Shown piece by piece: positions 39,101 to 47,382 of a stretch of 64,000 bases of DNA. Position 1 is the first letter of the stretch. Every line of letters begins with the position of its first letter. The DNA is from a virus, in IMG/VR virus record IMGVR_UViG_3300031957_002411, positions 71,791 through 135,790 of that record. The stretch is one strand, 5' to 3'. The notes under the pieces are model-generated. The model saw only the letters and a list, made by a program, of their open reading frames with translations. It was not told the DNA's origin and did no database searches. The position numbers and the translations under genes were made by a program.

Positions 39101-41569
39101 AGGTGTTGCAGGAATTTCTTTTCCATTTATGTCAAAGCATATTTTGACTTCAACATCTTCACACGGACTAGGTGGAAACGGGCCATCAGGATTGCCATCG
39201 CCATCCCTGTCTTCACAAGTTCCTTGAACTGGACATCCGTTTTCGTCCAACCTTGAAGTTGGTAGATATATTTCACCAGTTGTTTTGTCGTAACAATACT
39301 GCTGTGCCCAGCGCCCATCTGGAGACGGACAGGAATCTGGTGGGTCAATTGGAGTGCCTCCATCCACACATCTATAGTCTACAACACAGCCGGTAACAGA
39401 GTCTACTACGGGTAATGCAGGAACTTTAGTTCCATTGCTTAAGATGCATATTTGCTTCTGAATGTCCTGACACGGAATAGGTGGAAACGGGCCATCAGGA
39501 TTGCCATCGCCATCCCTGTCTTCACAAGTTCCTTGAACTGGACATCCATCTGGACCGATTGCTAAATCTGGAATATATATCTGACCCGTTGTTGGGTCAT
39601 AACAATATTGTTGTAAAATTACAGGACAGTTATCATCTGGATCTCTAGGAGGGCTTGCGTCTGGACAAAAGTAGCCAACAACGCATCCATTATCTATTAT
39701 AGGTGTTGCTGGAATTTCATTGCCATCTACATCAAGACATATTTTTATTTCAATGTCATCACATGGAATGGGTGGAATCGGAATTTCTGGATCACCGTCA
39801 CCGTCTCTATCTTCGCAAATCCCTTCGGTGGGACATCCATCTGGGCCTATTTGTGGAGCAGCAAAATATAATTCACCTGTTACTGGGTCTAAGCAGTATT
39901 TTTGAAGAATAATAGGACATTCATCTGGAGGATCTACAGGAGGACCAGCTGGACATGTATAACCAGTAACACAACCATTTGAATCTACTGTGGGTATTGC
40001 TGGAATTTCATTTCCATTTTCATCCAAACATATTTTAATTTCAACGTCATCACATGGATGAGGTGGAAACGGATTATCAAGACGACATTCAAAATCAATA
40101 ACACAACCATCTTCATTAAGAACTGGAATGCCGGGGACTATATTGCCATCATCGTCAAAACAGTATTTAGTATCAATGTCATCACACTCTGGAGGCACAG
40201 GATCTGTAGGAGGTGGAAATGGACCAAAATCACCGTCATCACATTCAAAATCAATAGCACAACCAAAGTAAGGTGAGTTGGGATCTGTGTCTCTCACCGG
40301 CCTTGCATGATAAAAACTTCCATCTGGACCTTTACAAAGAACATCTATAGGTATATCAGGACAATGTGGAGGTTGGACAGGGCCAGTAGTTCTTGTTGTT
40401 GTTGTAACTTCAGAAGTAGTAGTCACAACTGGTGGTTCTTCTGGATCTGGAGGTCTACATGGATCACCAACCAAAGGCACGCGACCAAATAACCTTAATG
40501 TATAAGAGTAATCACTATATAGTGCAAAAGTGCGTCCATAAGCAGTTACATTTGCAAAGAAAGCTACTTTTATTATTTCTTCATTAAAATTACTTAATAT
40601 AAATGTATCCAAATACGGATAGTTATTTAAAGGGGAGGTAGTAGGTATATTTATTGTTTTAAACGCTCGCCATGTACCTTGACCTCTGCCATCCAATCTG
40701 TAAAAAGTGATTCCGTCAATCTTACAAGTATCGCAACCGCCGTAATTTGGATTAGTTATTCTTACCCTATTAGAATTACAGTAAGGTGGTACTGGAGTAT
40801 AACTTAGGTCTTCTGCAATTAAGGGTGTTGAAGGTGGGTTTTTATCATTACAAACCACGCCGTTGCCAACTTTCTGAATCTTTATACTTTCAATCAAAGA
40901 AGGGCAACAAGCAAGATGATTATCGTCGCAAATGCTTTCTACTTTTAATATCACAAAAGAATTTTGCAAGTCTATGCTTTTATCTATTATATCACAAGAC
41001 TGAAATTCTATATTATCTAACCTTCCAAATTCACCATCATAAGAAAAACTCTTAGTGGCTATTACAGATTGATCTGGTGATAAAATACTAAATTGTAAGT
41101 TTTTAGCAAGAAGTAGTTTATCAGATACTTCAGTGTCAAATAATTCAGATGCTGTTAACTTAATGTTATTAGGCTTTAGTTCAGAGCCATGAGAAAAATC
41201 TACAGATGCAGAGGAGAACAGTTGATTTTTAGAATTAACAGATACTTCATTTTTATGTATGAAATTTCCAGAAGCAACATTATTTATAGTAACTGTTAAA
41301 TCTGTTCCTGAAGGCAGGGCTATTTCACCACAAGTACATCTAGAGTCATCACTTCTAAGATTGTACCTTATGTTGTTATCTTTTAAAGAGAGATAACCAC
41401 GATACATGCATTGATCAACAAAATATCTTTCTGGATTTACAACATACTTTCTCTTGCTTGCGTGGGGATCTACAGTGGTTGTAGTTGTAGAAGTTGTTGT
41501 AACAGTTTGGTATTTAAGGAAAGGATCTGCTGGTGGATCGCACCTTTTCCGTTGTGGGTGAATTCCCAT
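36098..41569 (-). CDS. 1823-aa Cys/Pro/Asp-repeat protein with mucin-like Thr/Ser stalk and Cys-rich C-terminal domain
   Basis: Alternating ~48-aa 4-Cys units; CEDRDGDG motifs; (ST)n and TTTAAP tracts; AGGAA RBS. Confidence 0.85.
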   Translation of the reverse strand: MGIHPQRKRCDPPADPFLKYQTVTTTSTTTTTVDPHASKRKYVVNPERYFVDQCMYRGYLSLKDNNIRYNLRSDDSRCTCGEIALPSGTDLTVTINNVASGNFIHKNEVSVNSKNQLFSSASVDFSHGSELKPNNIKLTASELFDTEVSDKLLLAKNLQFSILSPDQSVIATKSFSYDGEFGRLDNIEFQSCDIIDKSIDLQNSFVILKVESICDDNHLACCPSLIESIKIQKVGNGVVCNDKNPPSTPLIAEDLSYTPVPPYCNSNRVRITNPNYGGCDTCKIDGITFYRLDGRGQGTWRAFKTINIPTTSPLNNYPYLDTFILSNFNEEIIKVAFFANVTAYGRTFALYSDYSYTLRLFGRVPLVGDPCRPPDPEEPPVVTTTSEVTTTTRTTGPVQPPHCPDIPIDVLCKGPDGSFYHARPVRDTDPNSPYFGCAIDFECDDGDFGPFPPPTDPVPPECDDIDTKYCFDDDGNIVPGIPVLNEDGCVIDFECRLDNPFPPHPCDDVEIKICLDENGNEIPAIPTVDSNGCVTGYTCPAGPPVDPPDECPIILQKYCLDPVTGELYFAAPQIGPDGCPTEGICEDRDGDGDPEIPIPPIPCDDIEIKICLDVDGNEIPATPIIDNGCVVGYFCPDASPPRDPDDNCPVILQQYCYDPTTGQIYIPDLAIGPDGCPVQGTCEDRDGDGNPDGPFPPIPCQDIQKQICILSNGTKVPALPVVDSVTGCVVDYRCVDGGTPIDPPDSCPSPDGRWAQQYCYDKTTGEIYLPTSRLDENGCPVQGTCEDRDGDGNPDGPFPPSPCEDVEVKICFDINGKEIPATPITDYRGCITGYTCPEPSPPRDPDGDCPIILQTYCQDPTTGEIYIPDSAVGPDGCPTDPTCEDRDGDGEPDTPFPPTPCPTFPMKVCLDENGNEVPATPRVDERGCITGFFCTDGGPPRDPSDDCPTVLQHYCLDSTTNEIYFATPVLDSNGCIIDQICEDRDDDGDPEDPFPPLPPSPCEIETKYCVDEDGFKTPATPTLDEQGCVTGYTCPDGSPPVDPPEGCQDNVLQEYCYDPETGEIFPATPEIDQVTGCITDQNCIDEDNDPVPPPPECRPIDQQYCYDPTTNSWTPATPVINEGTGCIIGFLCEDGDPPDPAPNPCSDDVDEWEYCYDPLTGLWTPADPILDKNLCVIGFKDCPTGEDPEPPRPQPPHCRDIPVETCVDENGDIVQADPIYGPVFGDEGRRCIIGYTCPDGSPPQDPTVPCGLVPMQYCYDESANRWNEGEYTFDNRGCPKNCTCPDGDPCLDPSPPTTPPPVTTRAPCPPVPDQPGCFEECDPRTGVIGSAIAPDPIRDSNGCIIDWSCPAGSLCPAPPECPDQPAFPGMCFKWNGIYFESYPPTPVYEVIEVAITRRGENTGVLAYISCLTSYKPCSTMGTPPPTSTEAPTTTLAPTTTEAPTSTSTSTSTSTSTSTSTSTSTSTSTSTTGTSTTETSTTPTPTTTTAAPTTSTTGAATTTGAATTTTAAPTTSTTAAPTTSTTAAPTTSTTAAATTTTAAATTAGPTTTAFDPPDDECSGVSCGCDDNEQGSWDGSGFFGPFANCTADSARHQWAYESETCSWSATKVVGNNGPDAPYYQKFFLCNAKAGGQSYDGVACDGWQIGGNCTNCTAASVSFGTVISTSACPSGPPLWTLSYSTSDEYCGCPSISQPGSASGGDTDEACDANFGGHFYNYDFDCERDCGGWTTATDVHNDYYGPRECCWPQSVKDAVDAGQTMCEACDDNIGPAYDGCQCSTPSCMKGDYDGSGDPGYFDGCGDEPGYLSNYDCEQAFGEGWILI
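36920..37300 (-). repeat. Tandem repeats encoding the Thr/Ser/Ala stalk
   Basis: 12-bp GATGTTGAAGTT array (~37165-37240) and ~24-bp units encoding TTTAAPTTS. Confidence 0.85.
39169..39547. repeat. Identical 70-bp direct repeat pair within the Cys-repeat gene
   Basis: 39169-39238 equals 39478-39547 (TAGGTGGAAACGGGCCATCAGG...GGACATCC), offset 309 bp. Confidence 0.85.
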
Positions 41570-41580
41570 AAAATATTCCT

Positions 41581-44500
41581 TTACTTACAACAGCTACCGC
41601 AAGCTATATCTTCATTATTAATAAAAATAGGTCTATATTGTGAATTTATATTTAAGGCTACAACAAAGTCCCCAGATGATATGTGTAAATTTTTATCTCT
41701 ATTGACAATGTATATTCTTTCATTGCTAGGTTCTATTTCTAAAATTCCACTTGTGGGTGAACCATAAGAACTAGGTGTAGCTATACCTGTCTTCATGAAA
41801 CCTTCTACCGCAAAAGGAACCATTCCAGAAAGTGTTGGTAGAGCATTGGTTTCTACAGAAGTACCATCCCTGAACCTAACAGCACCAAGTAACTTAAGAT
41901 CTCCAGATAGAGAAGCGAAAGGTCTAGCAATACTAGGAGCTTCAAAACTAGGAGCAAACTCAACCCCAGACATTTCTGGAGCAGAGTGATCAAAAGTCAT
42001 AAGATCATGAGAGCCGTGAAGACCGCTACCAGTAAATCTAAGATGAAGATCATAAGGAACTCTATAAGAATCTTTAATTTCTGTTTCTATCATGTCATGC
42101 GTAAACTTTAGATACTCAGTCCTAGTAGGATCTTCAGCCATCAAAGTCGCACCCTTCGCAGTCATAGCATAGCTACCATGTAATCCACTAACGGTAATAT
42201 CATTATTATTTCCAATTTGGAAACCATTATCACCTATGGCTGGAAGATTATTACCTATAGAAATTACATTCATGTTGGCAGCATTTGAACTAATATTACT
42301 ACCAAGGAATATATTACCACTTCCAACTGACAAGGTATTTACATTGTTATTTCCAAGGATTGTATTGCCAGAAGCTAGAGTAAAACCGTTAGCAGAATTG
42401 TGTCCAACAACAATATTGCCAGAACCTATTGCGCTAGACTTGGAGGAGCTGCTACCAATCACTGTGTTTCCAGAACCTGTAGCAATCCCTTCTGCTGACC
42501 TAAAGCCAACAGCGACATTGTTAGAGCCAGTTAAAATACCACTCAAAGCTCCATAACCATAGGCAGTATTTCTAACACCAGAGATAGCAGATCTATTAAG
42601 AGGAGAAAGTATACCAGCAAAGGTATTACCACTGTCCATAGTGTCTGTGAACACTAAGTTATCTTGTGAATCAAATCTACTTCTTGTTACAGTTGCTATG
42701 TTTCCACTACTATCTAAGAACTGAAGCTTTTGAGATCTATTAGGTATAAAATCATATTTTACATAAAGTCTACCAAAACCACTATCGTATATTGGATTGA
42801 TAGTAAGGTTATCATCCATAACTTCATGCATCTTGATCACACCGCTTGGATGACCAGATCCACCAATAGTTAATAATTCACTAAGCTCTCCAACCCCACT
42901 AGAGCAAATGCCAACATAGCCACTTTCTGATATAGCTGTAGCCATTACACCGCTAGTAGTTTGATAGATTGTTATACTACCAAGCTTATCGACAGAATCA
43001 TACTTTACTTCTAGCCCATCCGATACGCAATTGTTTCCTGTAAGTAATTGCAAAGCACTGCTAACGTCACCAGCGTTTTCAGCAGTAATTCTTGCTTCTG
43101 CATTAGTGTCAGATCTAACGTTAAATATTGTCGCTGGAGTAAGTGAAAATCCAGCACCCTCATGATCAAAATTATTTATACCAAAAACACCCTTATCACT
43201 AGCGCTATTCGGTTTTTTCATTAACATGAAATGATTAGTAGAATATGAATCATTGTCATATGAACTAAATACTAGTCTATCGGTATTCAAACCTTCAGAG
43301 TCAAGAGTTTGATCATCAACATAAGTTATTTCAAATCCCTGTAAGAAATCCTTAAGATTTTCTCCAGAATTTAAAACTTTGTTACCAGTTAAAAATCTTT
43401 GGATAACATTGATGTCCCCAGACTCTGGAGCGGCGATGGTAAAGATGTAGTCGTTATTAACACCAGAATTTGCTAATAAATTAAAATCACCAAGTCCAGC
43501 GTAATCACCACTATTGTCTACAATGTTTTCTTTAGCTATGAATGCTCTGCCACTCTCCAAGAATAAACCTTTACATTCATTGAACAAAGGTCCATATCCA
43601 TAATGTAATAAAGATACATTTCCGCTATCTAGAACTCTACCAGTTTTAACATGGCATCCACTGCCCATATGCAAGCTAATATTACTATTCCAACTAGACC
43701 TAGTATAAAGAGTGTCTTCGTCTAGGCAGTCTGCTAGAAGTGGATCTAAGCTAGTGCTTGGCTTGAAGATAAATTCATATTCTCTAAACTCAGCTGGAGA
43801 AGTACCACTTCCTCTAGCTATAAATCCAGCGCCTTCTAGTTCAGCATCTGTAAGATAGCCCTGTGGGTGATTTGTCTCAGGATCGAACAAAACATTAAAA
43901 TTAATACCACTGACTGTACCGCCATCAATCGTATCGAAAGTGCCACTAGAAGCTAAATGTATAGTTTTAGTGAGGTAATGGCTTTGCTGAGTTGCTACAA
44001 AGGATTCTAACTCAGTAATACCGCTAACAGTAAGATTATTACCAATGTGTACATTTGAAGATATATTGGCGTTTTTAGTCCACAGGTCTTTCCATTCGTG
44101 ATGACCATATCCTAGATCGTATGTTTGAGATGTGCCAAACGGAACGAAGTCTCCAGAAGAAATTAAATATGGATCATAATCAAAAAACTGGGTGATTAAG
44201 GATTCGCTAGATATAAGGGCAGAACCACTCATGACTACACCATGAGACAAATATAGTTTATCCCAATAGTAAGATGAGTGACCAAGATTAAAATCACGAT
44301 CCATAGAAGGAGATATATTACCGCTTGTCTGTAATGTTCCTACTTCCTTGCTATGAAGACCTCTAGTTCCAACACCCAAAATTAAATTATTATTTGTTAG
44401 ATCGCCATAAACAAGCGGCGTTAAGCCTGTACCTTCAGGATTTGAACAAACGAAACTATGATCGACGGCGTGTGAGCCAATGTACAATTTATAGTCTGTA

Positions 44501-45012
44501 CCTGTTGCAGCATAATATCCAGCTCCTTGCCCTATTGCTATGTTCCAATTGCCATTCTTGTTTCTGCTTAAAGAGTGAGAACCTACGCCTACATTGCCAT
44601 AACCATTAATATTTCCAGTTAAAGCATGTCTACCAATCGCAGCATTCTCTACGCCATATATATTACAAGATAAAGCACTGGCTCCTAAAGCTGTATTACC
44701 ACTACCTTGATAACTAGAATACAAAGCTTGGTAGCCAACAGCTGTGTCGTCTGTAGTTGTGTAATTAGGAAGGTCTAGCTTATCTAAAGCCTCTAAGCCT
44801 ATCTTTACACTTCTTGTGCTAGGTGTAGAGAAATTATTAGAAATTAAATCAGCTATCGTTAAATTTAATTCAGGATCAAGTAGGTTATTGACAGAATCAA
44901 TAATGTCTATTAAATTATGACGAATATCGTGTGGAGAAATTTGACCAGTAATATTATCATTAATTTCAGAGTTTATATTCTCTGTTATCTGACTCTTGGA
45001 CAGGTTAGCCAT
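41581..45012 (-). CDS. Fibre protein (1143 aa) with two beta-roll (YadA-head-like) repeat blocks
   Basis: 14-aa periodic NTALGASAL/NAAIGRHAL/NVGVGSHSL/NIAIGQGAG and NTAYG/NVAVG/NTVIG/NIVVG/NTILG/NIFLG. Confidence 0.75.
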   Translation of the reverse strand: MANLSKSQITENINSEINDNITGQISPHDIRHNLIDIIDSVNNLLDPELNLTIADLISNNFSTPSTRSVKIGLEALDKLDLPNYTTTDDTAVGYQALYSSYQGSGNTALGASALSCNIYGVENAAIGRHALTGNINGYGNVGVGSHSLSRNKNGNWNIAIGQGAGYYAATGTDYKLYIGSHAVDHSFVCSNPEGTGLTPLVYGDLTNNNLILGVGTRGLHSKEVGTLQTSGNISPSMDRDFNLGHSSYYWDKLYLSHGVVMSGSALISSESLITQFFDYDPYLISSGDFVPFGTSQTYDLGYGHHEWKDLWTKNANISSNVHIGNNLTVSGITELESFVATQQSHYLTKTIHLASSGTFDTIDGGTVSGINFNVLFDPETNHPQGYLTDAELEGAGFIARGSGTSPAEFREYEFIFKPSTSLDPLLADCLDEDTLYTRSSWNSNISLHMGSGCHVKTGRVLDSGNVSLLHYGYGPLFNECKGLFLESGRAFIAKENIVDNSGDYAGLGDFNLLANSGVNNDYIFTIAAPESGDINVIQRFLTGNKVLNSGENLKDFLQGFEITYVDDQTLDSEGLNTDRLVFSSYDNDSYSTNHFMLMKKPNSASDKGVFGINNFDHEGAGFSLTPATIFNVRSDTNAEARITAENAGDVSSALQLLTGNNCVSDGLEVKYDSVDKLGSITIYQTTSGVMATAISESGYVGICSSGVGELSELLTIGGSGHPSGVIKMHEVMDDNLTINPIYDSGFGRLYVKYDFIPNRSQKLQFLDSSGNIATVTRSRFDSQDNLVFTDTMDSGNTFAGILSPLNRSAISGVRNTAYGYGALSGILTGSNNVAVGFRSAEGIATGSGNTVIGSSSSKSSAIGSGNIVVGHNSANGFTLASGNTILGNNNVNTLSVGSGNIFLGSNISSNAANMNVISIGNNLPAIGDNGFQIGNNNDITVSGLHGSYAMTAKGATLMAEDPTRTEYLKFTHDMIETEIKDSYRVPYDLHLRFTGSGLHGSHDLMTFDHSAPEMSGVEFAPSFEAPSIARPFASLSGDLKLLGAVRFRDGTSVETNALPTLSGMVPFAVEGFMKTGIATPSSYGSPTSGILEIEPSNERIYIVNRDKNLHISSGDFVVALNINSQYRPIFINNEDIACGSCCK

Positions 45013-45039
45013 AGTTATTGGTCTCTCTGGTATATTATA

Positions 45040-45732
45040 TTATTTAAGGCTAATTTCTAAAGAATTTGAATCAAACTTTATTGTATCTCCAGTGTATACG
45101 AATCTTGGGTTTTCTAAAGTCGCAGACATGAGAATGTTCCCAGCGCCATATGTAGCACTATCCAGCACAGCTATGCCAGAAACCCATCCCCAATCTGTAA
45201 CAGCAGACTGAAAAACGATTTGATTTTTATTTTTAATAAAACCATTTCCTTCATATTCTCTATAGCTAGGATCTGTTGAGCCATAATCACCAGAAACAAC
45301 AACGCCATCTGGACCAAAAAACTGTACACCCGGAAAAATAGTTTCAAATGTAAAAGTACTGGCTGATGGTGAACCAGCTGTAGAAGCAGCAACAGCGGTT
45401 GGAGAATCTAGATATAATGGATAAAAGTATCCACTATGATTAGGAATATCGCTATTTACTTGGAATGCAGTACTGTTATCAGTACCTACCAAGTTCCATA
45501 CGCCACTACCACTAGAAGACGAACCAAGGTCTATTCTACTGTAATTGGTAGATACATGGTTTAGACCTCTCATAGCTCCCGAAGGAAGCTCATCAATCGT
45601 AGCCCCTGTGTCAGTGTCCTTTGGCGGTGCAGCAGTCAAAGCAACGGATAAAGAGGTGGGAGGGGTAAAAGTTTCTCCAAAAAATATGTGAGAAAGTATT
45701 CCTGATTCAAGGTAATCAGATAGTGCAGCCAT
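45040..45732 (-). CDS. Virion structural protein (230 aa) of the 'SDYLE..IL.H.F...WG.V...A..D....GN.L' family
   Basis: Recognisable conserved N- and C-terminal motifs with a central insertion; AGGAG RBS; follows MCP. Confidence 0.6.
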   Translation of the reverse strand: MAALSDYLESGILSHIFFGETFTPPTSLSVALTAAPPKDTDTGATIDELPSGAMRGLNHVSTNYSRIDLGSSSSGSGVWNLVGTDNSTAFQVNSDIPNHSGYFYPLYLDSPTAVAASTAGSPSASTFTFETIFPGVQFFGPDGVVVSGDYGSTDPSYREYEGNGFIKNKNQIVFQSAVTDWGWVSGIAVLDSATYGAGNILMSATLENPRFVYTGDTIKFDSNSLEISLK

Positions 45733-45778
45733 TTTATTCTCCTAAGAAAAAGAGTCCTGACAGTTCGATCTAATGGTA

Positions 45779-45785
45779 TATACAC
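45779..45785 (-). promoter_or_regulatory. Putative late promoter motif GTGTATA directly after the MCP terminator
   Basis: TTTTTTCGTGTATATAC on the minus strand, 47 nt upstream of the ATG at 45732. Confidence 0.65.
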
Positions 45786-45786
45786 G

Positions 45787-45821
45787 AAAAAAGCCACCCC
45801 CAGCGAATGAAGGTGGCTTTT
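45787..45821 (-). terminator. Rho-independent terminator after the major capsid gene
   Basis: Minus strand GCCACCTTCA-TTCGC-TGGGGGTGGC (10-bp stem with two G-U pairs) followed by TTTTTT. Confidence 0.85.
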
Positions 45822-45842
45822 CTAGTTTATGGCTATAAACAA

Positions 45843-46850
45843 TTAGAATGAGCCAAGAATCACTCTACGATTGTCTAGAACGCCAAATCCAAGCTCTGCA
45901 AAGCCATAGTAGCCAGCTCTTTGCTGACGATGGAGAGTTGGGTCTTCAAAGACCTGCAACTGCTCCTTAACGGGCATTACGAAGCTGTCATTGCTAGACT
46001 GATCAAGACCAACAACCAATTCAAGGTCACTAGTCTGAACAGCGCCACTGAGTTCTCCAGTGAAGAATGTTTGATATTCTTGACCTTCACCAAGCTCGTC
46101 CAGATCTGTAAGGTTAACACCAAAGATTCTGGTAATTGGAGCGCCACCTTCTGGAGCGGTATAGATCTCACGACGAGTAACTTCGTCAACTTGATCCAAT
46201 CCCCAGCTACGGACATCTTCCAAAGCTTCTGGAGAGACATAGAGATCAGTAAGGCGACCACGCCCAGCTGAAGCACTATTTCCACCAGAGTTTCGACGCA
46301 TAACAGTTTGCATGAGAGAAACAAGTCTCTTGCTGAATAGTCCAGCAGTTGCATCACCGTCAAAGACAAGGATGTTACGGTCAACGCCAGCGGCGAGGAG
46401 AGTGTGCCATCCATCATCATTCATCTTCTTGGTAAAACCAGCTTCCATGACTTGCATGGCGCGACCAACAACGTCCCAACGAGCGTCACGGGCATATCGG
46501 AGAAGATAATCAACCGATGATGCAATGGCGTAAGTTGGAATCATGACGTAATCGCCTTCTACTGAACGCTCTGGTATTCTACCATGACCGGGATTAGTGT
46601 AAGCTACATGCTCACCTTCAAGTCCGGGGCTGATAAGATCAAGAGGAAATTCAGTTGTTGAGCCAGCTTCTACATTAATGGTTTCAAAAATGTTACCAAG
46701 AATGTTTCCAACAAGGACACCCTTGCGGAGTGGAAGCTCAAGTGCTTTAGCGAATTCTCGCTGTGCAGCTTGGGCTACGTTTACATCTGCATCTCCTGAT
46801 TTCTTCAGAAGACCGATGAATTCATCACTAGGTCTTTCATTAATAGGCAT
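45843..46850 (-). CDS. Major capsid protein (335 aa, HK97-like fold inferred)
   Basis: Start refined to ATG at 46850 (AAAAGGAG RBS); portal-protease-decoration-MCP synteny; 'FEDPTLHRQQRAGYYGFAELGFGVLD' C-terminus; followed by terminator. Confidence 0.85.
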   Translation of the reverse strand: MPINERPSDEFIGLLKKSGDADVNVAQAAQREFAKALELPLRKGVLVGNILGNIFETINVEAGSTTEFPLDLISPGLEGEHVAYTNPGHGRIPERSVEGDYVMIPTYAIASSVDYLLRYARDARWDVVGRAMQVMEAGFTKKMNDDGWHTLLAAGVDRNILVFDGDATAGLFSKRLVSLMQTVMRRNSGGNSASAGRGRLTDLYVSPEALEDVRSWGLDQVDEVTRREIYTAPEGGAPITRIFGVNLTDLDELGEGQEYQTFFTGELSGAVQTSDLELVVGLDQSSNDSFVMPVKEQLQVFEDPTLHRQQRAGYYGFAELGFGVLDNRRVILGSF

Positions 46851-46875
46851 GTGTTTTTCTCCTTTTTGTATTATA

Positions 46876-47364
46876 TTAGTTAGCGCCAAAGTTAGGCAAG
46901 TTGACTTCGACCTTTACATATCCGTCTTCATCCTTACTTGAAAGGAATCGACCGATAGCAAGATTACCAGAAGCAGCAGCTGTTGCAGCGTCAGTTCTGA
47001 TGTTACCAGCGGTAGCTGAGTCAGCGTAAGCAACCTTGCCAGCAACTGGAGTACCAGTGATGCTGTTGGTTACAACGTAACCCTTACGAAGAACAGTAAC
47101 CTTACCACCCTTTTGCACTTCATCTTTGTGCTGATTCAAGTGGGTTCTTGTGAGATCCTTATTAACTACATCGTTAAGAAGGATACCAACAGGTACATCT
47201 GTAGCAGTTACCTGCTTGTACTTCACAAGGTTAACACCTTGATCCATAGCAGCACCCGATCCAGCCGTATCATGTACAACAACACCACCGCGAGTTGCGG
47301 TTCCATCATTGTAGAAAAAACTGATATCTGTCTGGAGTTCTAATCTATCTGATTTTAGAGCCAT
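46876..47364 (-). CDS. Capsid decoration/cement protein (162 aa)
   Basis: Between scaffold and MCP; 'GGKVTVLRKGYVVTN...G..AY....G...IGRFLSSKDEDGYVKVEVNL'; AAAAGGAG RBS. Confidence 0.65.
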   Translation of the reverse strand: MALKSDRLELQTDISFFYNDGTATRGGVVVHDTAGSGAAMDQGVNLVKYKQVTATDVPVGILLNDVVNKDLTRTHLNQHKDEVQKGGKVTVLRKGYVVTNSITGTPVAGKVAYADSATAGNIRTDAATAAASGNLAIGRFLSSKDEDGYVKVEVNLPNFGAN

Positions 47365-47382
47365 GTTAAATTCTCCTTTTAA

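Noticed and set aside
39169-39547. Repeat pair considered as a DGR template/variable region
   Set aside because: Copies are identical rather than differing at adenines, both lie mid-gene, and no reverse transcriptase is in the window
37160-40370. Repeats considered as a CRISPR array
   Set aside because: Repeats are in-frame coding units with degenerate third positions; no constant repeat-unique spacer structure and no cas genes
8128-41569. Eukaryotic or giant-virus origin suggested by integrin-, mucin- and Cys-rich proteins
   Set aside because: Shine-Dalgarno sites, sigma70 promoters, TerL-portal-protease-MCP synteny and a tape measure gene indicate a tailed bacteriophage
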